Below are positions 17,665-27,161 of a stretch of DNA of 32,000 nucleotides, piece after piece (positions within the stretch are counted from its first letter, which is position 1; each line of letters begins with the position of its first letter). The DNA is taken from the sequence record NC_007409.1. One strand, 5' to 3'. This stretch comes from Bicaudavirus pozzuoliense. A program made the translations under genes and the position numbers. The notes below the pieces were generated by a model, which worked only from the letters and a program-made list of their open reading frames with translations, was not told the DNA's origin and did not search any database.

Positions 17665-18825
17665 GTGGCTCAGGAAATGGCTCAGGAAAAAAATCTACAA
17701 CCGTGGGAGTATGTCTATGACTTACTAATGCCAGCGAAAATACCACCAAGAAAACGCACTAAGTATATTTACTTAGCATTGGCAGTTCCACCAACCATGG
17801 AATTCAATAAGAAGATCTCAAAGGGAGATACAGAAGATCTGGAACTACCAGTATACCCAGTCGCATTTAATACAAGGCCTGGCAATAACAAAGCGGATAG
17901 AATAGCAACCAGAAAAGATCTTTTAACACGTTTGGGAACGTATCCTACTGTAGGACTATACGCTAATGATTATGACTTTACGATGTTAATAAAAAACTTA
18001 GATTTCAAAAGTGAGTTTGTTCCAGGATATTTTCCACTGGCAGTTCTTGAACTGCATTTTGAAAGGGATATTACTGCTAACCCAGAAGACTATGGCTTGA
18101 AACCAATTGACGGCCGCGAATGGGTGTTCGACCCTGATGGTAGCTACAAAGTAACAAGTGGGTCGCTATTTAATATAGCCAAAGCGGAAATTGTTGATCC
18201 TAATTCTGTTACCATTAACTTAGATAAGAACTCGAAAGAGTTCAATGCGCTTAACGGTTATGGGGTAGTGCAATTCTACATAGACCTGAATAACGCACCG
18301 TGGGAAGCCTATGCAAAAGCCGCAGAAGAATGCGAATCCGTGGGTGGAATTTATCGCCATGACACTAACGAAGGGCCTAGTTATTGTACGCTCCCCCTCA
18401 ACAAAGAGGCCAATATAAAGGCTTCAGAGTTCATCCTCCAACTATATGACATGATAAAATCCAAAATCGCATCAGAGGACTTCCTCAAGCGTGAGATGAC
18501 GTTCCTGGCCCCAGGGCCAAAGCAAATTGAGGACTTCCTCAAGAATGAGATGATGTATCAACCCCCAGGGCCAAAGCGAATTCCAGTAAAACCAGTAATT
18601 GGCAAAACTTTCCAAGAAATGGTTAAGGTAGCGGAACAGGAAATGGCCAAGGTAGCGGAAAAAAGAGATCTTATTCTGGGAGGGGAGGAGAAAGAGCCGA
18701 AACAGAAAAGCCAGGAAAAGCTGTTCAATCCGTTTGCTATAGACTATGAGATGCTTACAGAGGAGCAACAACAACAAAATGAGACAGAGGAAGAGGAGAA
18801 GAACAACACAGTAAAGCTCAGTTAA
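17665..18825 (+). CDS. Paralogue of the 653 aa protein (ATV ORF387-like); listed ORF begins TTG 17662, GTG 17665 or ATG 17677 more likely
   Basis: LQPWEYVYDLLMPAK... similarity over the full length to the 653 N-terminus and 362; ends VKLS; TATA CTTTTTAAC upstream. Confidence 0.85.
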   Translation: MAQEMAQEKNLQPWEYVYDLLMPAKIPPRKRTKYIYLALAVPPTMEFNKKISKGDTEDLELPVYPVAFNTRPGNNKADRIATRKDLLTRLGTYPTVGLYANDYDFTMLIKNLDFKSEFVPGYFPLAVLELHFERDITANPEDYGLKPIDGREWVFDPDGSYKVTSGSLFNIAKAEIVDPNSVTINLDKNSKEFNALNGYGVVQFYIDLNNAPWEAYAKAAEECESVGGIYRHDTNEGPSYCTLPLNKEANIKASEFILQLYDMIKSKIASEDFLKREMTFLAPGPKQIEDFLKNEMMYQPPGPKRIPVKPVIGKTFQEMVKVAEQEMAKVAEKRDLILGGEEKEPKQKSQEKLFNPFAIDYEMLTEEQQQQNETEEEEKNNTVKLS

Positions 18826-18982
18826 AAACTCTTTTCTTTTTTCTTTTTACATAAAATGGGATTTAAGGGGCGGGAAACTTCGCAGGCGGGGAGGAGGTCA
18901 GTTTAAGGCGCATTTTCCAACAAAAAGCCTAGGTAGAACAGCTGATTATCAATCTTTTTAACGGCATAGTTCAGTTGAGTTT

Positions 18983-20071
18983 GTGGCAATGCAACCGTGG
19001 GAATACGTCTATAAATTACTAATGCCGGAGAAAGCGCCAACAGATTGGCAAAAAACCTTCACCAAAAATATTTACTTAGCATTGGCTGTCCCACTAACCA
19101 AAGAATTCGAAGAGAAAATCGAAAAGGGGGATATAAAAGATCTGAAACTGCCAGTATACCCAGTCGCATTTGATGTACGATTTGACAGGAACGCATGGGT
19201 CAGAGAAACGGACATCCTTGATATTTTAACACGTTCAGGACTGTACGATAATGATTATGACTTTGTGACGCCAATAAATTATAACCCGAGGTCACTGAGA
19301 TACTTAGATTTCGATAACTCAATTCCAGGATATTTTCCACTGGCAGATCTTGAATTGCATTTTAAAAGGGATATTACTGCTAACCCAGAAGATTATGGCT
19401 TAAAGCCAATTGACGGTTACAAATGGGAGCTCGACCGTGATGGTAGCTACAAAGTAACAAGTGGGTCGCTATTTAATGTCAGGGAAGCAAAAAATAGCGG
19501 TCGTTATAGTGTTCTTTTCTTAGATGACAATCCACGAAAGTTCAACATGCTTAATGGCTTTGGGATAGTGCGATTCTACATATCCCTGTGGGAGGCACCG
19601 GAAGAAGTCCGTGCAAAAGCCAAAGAAGAGTGCGAATCTGCTGGTGGAATTTATCAATATGATTACCCTGTTGCTTATTGTGTGCTTCCTCTAAATAAAA
19701 AAGAAGCTAATATAAAGGCTTCAGATTTTATCCTGCAACTAAATGAAATGGTAAAGTCCAAAATTACGTCAGAGGATTTCCTCAAGCATGTGATGGTATA
19801 TCAACTTCCAGATGATATGGTGCATCAATTTCCAGGATCAGAACAAATTCCAGTAAAACCAGTAATTGGCAAAACTTTCCAGGAAATGGTTAAGGTAGCG
19901 GCGAAAGATCTTATTCTGGGAGGAGAAGAGAAAGAGCCGAAACAGGAAAGTCAAGAACAGCTGTTCAATCCATTTACTATAGATGAGATGCTTACAGAGG
20001 AGCAACAACAACAACAAGAAGAAGAAAATAACGCAACAGAAGAAGAGGGCGACACAGTAAAGCTCGGATAA
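18983..20071 (+). CDS. Paralogue of the 653/387 aa proteins (362 aa)
   Basis: MQPWEYVYKLLMPEKAPTDWQKTFTKNIYLALAVP...; ends VKLG; near-identical upstream promoter block to the 387 gene. Confidence 0.85.
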   Translation: MAMQPWEYVYKLLMPEKAPTDWQKTFTKNIYLALAVPLTKEFEEKIEKGDIKDLKLPVYPVAFDVRFDRNAWVRETDILDILTRSGLYDNDYDFVTPINYNPRSLRYLDFDNSIPGYFPLADLELHFKRDITANPEDYGLKPIDGYKWELDRDGSYKVTSGSLFNVREAKNSGRYSVLFLDDNPRKFNMLNGFGIVRFYISLWEAPEEVRAKAKEECESAGGIYQYDYPVAYCVLPLNKKEANIKASDFILQLNEMVKSKITSEDFLKHVMVYQLPDDMVHQFPGSEQIPVKPVIGKTFQEMVKVAAKDLILGGEEKEPKQESQEQLFNPFTIDEMLTEEQQQQQEEENNATEEEGDTVKLG

Positions 20072-20142
20072 AAACTCTTTTTACATAAAATGGGATTTAA
20101 GGGGCAGAAAACTTCGCAGGCGGGGAAGGTTAGAAGCGATCG

Positions 20143-20655
20143 TTAGGCTAACTTTTGAATCGACTGGAGCCCGTCCTCTTTCTTCAAGTACTCAATAAAG
20201 ATTTGAATGTCTTTGAGTGACTCTTCGAGCATTGCTAAGGCTCTTTGTTTATCATATTCGGATTTGAAAGGATCGTTTCGAATCTGATTGTATCTGGCTT
20301 TTTTCTTCAATAGCGCTTCGTTAAGAAGGCCCAATAGAATGGGTTTAGGCAAATACAAAGGGAAATAATCTAGAACCACTTCGATCCCATTCCTTCCATT
20401 TAAATATTTTTTCACCTCCTCCAACACTGAGGGGACCTGAGACATTTTATGCGGGTATAGAAGACGGAATAGTCTTGTGCTGACTGAAATGCCAGAAATT
20501 AAGAAACTTAAACGCGGGGGTATATCCTCGTTCCCGTCGAAATATTCCTCGATAATTCTAATTTTCTTATCCTCCTCATACTTTGTCATCGAACGCCTTT
20601 TCGTAAACCTGCGAATTGAGATATTCAACAAATAAACCTTCTTGTAATCTACCAA
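20143..20655 (-). CDS. Uncharacterised charged protein (170 aa)
   Basis: ORF with TATA CTTTTTAACC upstream and ACAGCTGT ~14 nt farther upstream. Confidence 0.65.
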   Translation of the reverse strand: MVDYKKVYLLNISIRRFTKRRSMTKYEEDKKIRIIEEYFDGNEDIPPRLSFLISGISVSTRLFRLLYPHKMSQVPSVLEEVKKYLNGRNGIEVVLDYFPLYLPKPILLGLLNEALLKKKARYNQIRNDPFKSEYDKQRALAMLEESLKDIQIFIEYLKKEDGLQSIQKLA

Positions 20656-20722
20656 ATCTGTACCACAATTTAAATCAGAAATTGTAGGGGTTAAAAAGCG
20701 AACATGAAGTACAGCTGTTTTT

Positions 20723-22579
20723 TCAGCTTGCGAGGCTGATGAACGTCTTCGTCATTTCATCATCCATTTCCATTATTTTCTCCCCAGCATTCATTATCTC
20801 AGTAACTGTGTTGTCTAAGTTCTTGGATAAGCCTTTCGCTCTGTCTTCTATTTGTCTCTTCGCCTCTAAGATTCCAGGCACTTTCATTCCGTATTGTTCT
20901 AGCAGAGGCGCGAACACTTCCCAGCCAGAGACCTCTGGTGCTCCATTGGAAATTGATTTGAGCGCATTGTTCTTAGCATCATTAACTACCTGCTCTATTA
21001 CTTTTTGTACATCTGTCGATTTTAGATTATTAATAAACAGGCTTATTGCGTCTAGCAAGGTGAGGAATGGGACTTTGTATCCATTTTGATAACTAGATGT
21101 GGAACCGAAGTTTACTACTAGTTTAGACAAGCCAAGAATTAATGTCTTCCTCTCTTCAGGAGAGTCCGCTTCGTCCAACACCTTTCTATAAGACTCTAAT
21201 AACTTTAGTAATTCCTCAAGCTTCTGGAGTGGGTTTCCGGACAGTTCACCGGTTTTCTCCCGTCCAACATTTATTTTCCCATTCTTGTCTTTAGTCATAA
21301 GCCAGATACTGTATGATATGGGCTCAGGTCTCGTTAAGAACTCGACAATTTTCGGCAAAGAGCTAACTAATGTCGGTTCTCTATTTTCGAATGGTTGTGC
21401 AAGTGGGATTTTCTTACCAAGGTTTTCTATTGCGTTTCTACTGGTGTCAAACATTTTCGATGCTTTGATGAAGGCCTCTGTTAGCAATCTATCGTTCAAG
21501 TAGTCCAGAATCACTTTGGTTGCGTCTGTATCTTCTTGTCCGCTCACAGCCTTATTCCATTCGTCCCTTATCTTATCCCTAACGATCTTGAACGACTGAA
21601 CGTCTACGGGGAGAGTGAAAAGCAACGCCAGAAGGTAGTCCAGATACGTCGGTTTTGTTGCACCACGCACTAATGCTATCGATGCCGCTACATAATTTAA
21701 CCTTTTACGTGCTCTAGTCGAAATGTGAGTATAGTCCTCGTCCGCGCTTCTATAGAAGGACTCGTAAGCGTCAGTATCCTTCAATGACGCAAGTATATCA
21801 CCAATCACATAGTATACCTTCTTTAGGAGGTCTAACGCCTCCTTCGAATTGAAGAAATCGCGGACCATTTGGTCTAGAACTTTTCTCGTCTCCTCCACAT
21901 CGTTGAGTGTTATTACCTTTTTCAGTTCTGGGTTCTCGCTAGCGCTCATCACTTGCATTGTTTCGTCAGCTAACTTATCGACATTGTCCATAATGAAGGG
22001 GATATCGAGAATGAAACCTCTTATGTTGAATCTATCTAGCAAAGCCAGATCTGAAGGATTTTCCAAGTCTACTTTATTTGCCGCGGCATAGAACGCTATC
22101 CAGGGGAGCTTAATTTCCTTGCCGAAGACGTTTATCTTTTTTTCGTTTATCGCCCTCAGCAAGGTTGAACGTACTTTTTCCGAAGTATAGAATATCTCAT
22201 CTATGAACGCTACCTTTGCACTAGGCAAGAAGCCGTCAGTTTTTAAATCGAATCCTTCTCCATTCACAAGCTTTTGGATGTCTGGGACGCCGAAGATCTC
22301 GCTGGGGTCTGTGTATTCGCTCACCTGGACCACGAAAACATCCTTGTCGTTTAAGCCTTCAATCACCTTAGGCAATAATTCGATCAACATGGTTTTCGCG
22401 ACTCCTCTATCTCCCACTAATAATGTCGGGAAGCCGGTCATTAGTCCTAATAACACAGCTGTCTTTGAATCGTACCTACCAACTACTGCTTTGTCCAATT
22501 CATTCAGCATTTGTCCATATTTAGATGCTAAATTTTGTATTTTTTCTGAGATACCCTGTCCAGAAGGTTGCTGAGACAT
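20723..22579 (-). CDS. MoxR-type AAA+ ATPase (ATV ORF618-like)
   Basis: Walker [17 protein letters not shown]-type segment [13 protein letters not shown], Walker [26 protein letters not shown], sensor [24 protein letters not shown]. Confidence 0.92.
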
Positions 22580-22684
22580 CGAAATTGTTTGTGCGAAAAA
22601 ACTTTTAAATTAGTTAGGCTGACTTCCTCCCGTCAGCGAGTGTTGTCGTTTGGTTTTTTAACGATTTCTCCTTCCAACTCCCTC

Positions 22685-24205
22685 ATGGAACCGAAAAAAA
22701 GCTTCAATTTCCTTGTCTTCGTCGTTGCACTTTCCTACATTTTTTCTCTATATCAAGTTCTTGCGTTGACACCAGAGGGCATAATCCTATATGCATTGCT
22801 TTTCCTACTTAACTTCGTATTCGCCTTCGTTGTCAATGACACCGCCATAGCAATTAAATATCTCTTCGTATTGATGGCCATGCGTGCCATTAACCTAATT
22901 TACTCTCTACCTCTCGATGAAGACGCTATCCGAATGTTCGCAGGATATAGACTACTTCATGGCGTGAATCCTTATCTTCCTATGCCGACAGTGTTCAATC
23001 ACTACGATGTGCCTATTGGGCTTAGAACGTTAACGGAGTATGGTGGGTTTGTGGAGAGGCTAATCTACCCTGGGCTTTCAGTGTTCGCTGGCGTTGCAGA
23101 GTACGCATTAGGGTACGTCATATTTAACGTGGTCATTTACGTTACATTCATCTTAATTTCATACGTCTTCTTAAGGAACAAATCTACCGAGGCCCTTATT
23201 TTCGCTGTACTCTGGCTCCTCTTCGGTGGCGTGAATCTGGCGACATTGTTACTGACTGTAGGTATCTTATTGAGAAAATACAACGGGTTTTTCGTTGGCC
23301 TTGCCATTTCATATAATCAGCTGTACACCTTGATAGCGCCCTTCCTCGTCATTTATTATCTTGCAGAAGGGAAGAAGGAAGTGCTAAGACAGGTCGCTTA
23401 TGCACTCTTCGGCTTCCTCATCACCAACGTACCCTTTATGGTGTGGGACTTCAAGCTCTGGTTCTCAGCTATGCTTTATAGCGTTTCCCAACCAATCGTA
23501 CCGATAGGCTTCTCTATCTCTAGAGAAACATACATGGGGTTCTTCCCTATACCGTTCAAGGTCTATGAGTACCTTTTCATCACCATGTATATAGCGTCGA
23601 TAGTCATTTACGCCATAATGTTCAAGATAGTGGCGAAATGGGCTTACGTATTCCCAGCGATTTCGATGATCGCTTATCCGAGAACACTACTCGGTTACAT
23701 TACCTCATGGTTACCGCCAGCGTTCTTTTTCTTTTTCACGAGAACAGAGGGGAATGTAAAAGTGGCTAAATTAAAACCGTTAGGAACAGCTGTTCTTATC
23801 GCAATTATGATCATGCCAATCTTCGTCCCCGCCCTCACCAGCACAGACGTTAATACACCTTTCACCTTCAAAGTGACCAAAGTTTACGTTGGTACTTATG
23901 GGAATGTGTATAAGATGAGTATAAACGCCACTGTTTATTCCCCCACAGTGAAGAATATAACGTTCGTCGTCATCCCGGACTTTTATCCATTTTACAATAC
24001 ATATCTTTGGTGGAGTACGGTGAACGTGACGGTAGGACAAAATTATTTCAACATAACCCCACTAGCGCCGTCGCAGGAAATAGGATTTAATAATGCAACA
24101 TACACGGTGGTTGGCGTGTACGGCCCATACTATTATTTTGTCACGTTAGTTCTAGTAAGTAATGGCACAATGTTCTCAAACTTCACCTACACACCCAAAG
24201 AATGA
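22685..24205 (+). CDS. Polytopic membrane protein resembling GT-C (dolichyl-phosphate-mannose-dependent) glycosyltransferases; start probably ATG 22685 (506 aa) rather than 22568 (545 aa)
   Basis: Multiple TM helices; luminal-loop-like [22 protein letters not shown] near TM1-2 is typical of GT-C glycosyltransferases; TATA TTTTTTAAC at ~22654-22662. Confidence 0.7.
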
Positions 24206-25460
<1,255 letters not shown>

Positions 25461-25520
25461 GCCTTCCTAAGGGATGGATAGCCATTATGTTTTTAAACTT
25501 TCTATCAAGATTCCCTGGGT

Positions 25521-26099
25521 ATGGTTAGGATCATTGCAATGGGCCAAAGCCCTCTTTGTAATTTCATAAAAGAACAATTAAAAATGAATATAATAGTGTA
25601 CCCAGAGTTTTTCGATAATAAGAAATTATTACTGCAACGAAGAGTGAGAGATTATATAATCTCTCTATTGAGAAATTATAGGAAAATACGTTATGCGCTA
25701 TATCCTGACTATTATTATCGCGACATAAATCTACCAGCTGAAATTACAGAAAAAATAACATTCATTTACCCTGTGCATTCAAAAAATGAGGTAGAGTTTA
25801 TTGCAAAACTGAAATCTAAATACAATATAATACCAGGGTTTGCATCAGACAGTAGGTATAGGGACTATGATATTTACTGGTTTGTTAACACGTTTAGAGA
25901 GGAAAAATGGTATCTCGGGATCTCAACGTGGAGGGAGCTAAGAGAGGCCAAAAGGTTTGAATTTTATGGTGGTGACATTACAGGATTCGTTTTAGGAAAC
26001 CACGAAGATAGAAAAAACCCTGAGGTGTTGCGCAGAAAGCTGAAAGAAATAATAGAATACGTTAGTAGGCCACAAGGTAAGCAGTTAACTTTATTCTAA
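25521..26099 (+). CDS. Uncharacterised protein (192 aa)
   Basis: ORF with TATA GTTTTTAAAC ~25 nt upstream of the ATG (leaderless arrangement). Confidence 0.7.
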   Translation: MVRIIAMGQSPLCNFIKEQLKMNIIVYPEFFDNKKLLLQRRVRDYIISLLRNYRKIRYALYPDYYYRDINLPAEITEKITFIYPVHSKNEVEFIAKLKSKYNIIPGFASDSRYRDYDIYWFVNTFREEKWYLGISTWRELREAKRFEFYGGDITGFVLGNHEDRKNPEVLRRKLKEIIEYVSRPQGKQLTLF

Positions 26100-26118
26100 A
26101 AAACACAATGAAAGATAA

Positions 26119-27099
26119 CTAACTTTTCCTCTTTAGATATATTTCTCCTTCTATTTTTATGAGCCTCCCATTCTCTTTCTTGTACACCTCAATGGATTTA
26201 GGCACTGCCGTTACGCTTCCGCTTTTCAGCTCCTCAATGAACTCAGAAAACAGCTGTTCATCTTGGTTCTCAGCCTCTTCCTCTTCTGTGCCTAGGCCCA
26301 TTTGCTCTAACGCTTCATTCAATTCTTCTTTGCTTCTAATGAGTTCTTCTTCGTTTCCGTCAACTCCTCTATAAAAGCTCTCTAAATCGCCGTTGTCTTC
26401 TTGCTCTGTTGTTGGCACGGAGGTGACTGAAGAAGCAAACTTCTCAGCTTCGGCGAACTGTTTCAATAAAGCCGGCTCTGCCTCTACTTGTAATAGTAAC
26501 CTCTCACTCCTCAATATCTCTAACTTCTTTTCCTCTGGTAACTGCTTGAAGTAATCGTAGAACTCTTTAATGCTAAGATAGAACTGTAGGAGAAGCTGAG
26601 GGTCTAGCTGGTATTTTGCCAAAAGCTCGAAAAGCTCTGGCGCTTCAGACTGTAGAATTTCGACAGCTCTCATTTTCGGTTCTAAATTCTTTATCCTAAT
26701 GTTCTCCTGCTTCAACTCCTTATCCAGCTTTTTGACCGCTTCTTTTGGTGAAAGACCAGTAGACAAGTATTTTTGGTACAGCTGTTCTATCTGCTCATGT
26801 GTTAAATGCCTCCTGATAACATTTAGCTGAATTGCACTCCTCATTCTCTCTTCTGGGCTGTCAAAAATGTAGACAATTACAGGGACTTCTTTTATGCCAA
26901 GCTCTTTAGCTATTCTCACACGTGTGTAACCGTCTATTACGAAACCGTTCTGATCTATGATGACAGGATAGAGGAAACCGTATTTTTGAATTTCATTCTT
27001 TATCTTATCACTCATTGTATTTTCAGGAATGAGTTTAGATAGCTCTTCATCTATTTTCAAATCATCTACACTTTTTGTGAAATAACCACCGAATTTCAT
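26119..27099 (-). CDS. ParB/sulfiredoxin-fold domain protein (ATV ORF326a-like)
   Basis: LIPENTMSDKIKNEIQKYGFLYPVIIDQNGFVIDGYTRVRIAKELGIKEVPVIVYIF ParB-N like; downstream HTH-like QLYQKYLSTGLSPKEAVKKL. Confidence 0.85.
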   Translation of the reverse strand: MKFGGYFTKSVDDLKIDEELSKLIPENTMSDKIKNEIQKYGFLYPVIIDQNGFVIDGYTRVRIAKELGIKEVPVIVYIFDSPEERMRSAIQLNVIRRHLTHEQIEQLYQKYLSTGLSPKEAVKKLDKELKQENIRIKNLEPKMRAVEILQSEAPELFELLAKYQLDPQLLLQFYLSIKEFYDYFKQLPEEKKLEILRSERLLLQVEAEPALLKQFAEAEKFASSVTSVPTTEQEDNGDLESFYRGVDGNEEELIRSKEELNEALEQMGLGTEEEEAENQDEQLFSEFIEELKSGSVTAVPKSIEVYKKENGRLIKIEGEIYLKRKS

Positions 27100-27161
27100 T
27101 GAGAGAGATGGTACTGTGGGAGATTAAAAAACATAACGGGGTAGAAAAAAGATTTTTAAAC

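Noticed and set aside
17120-20071. Independent recent transposon explanation for the 387/362 pair
   Set aside because: No transposase or terminal inverted repeats; simpler as a tandem segmental duplication.
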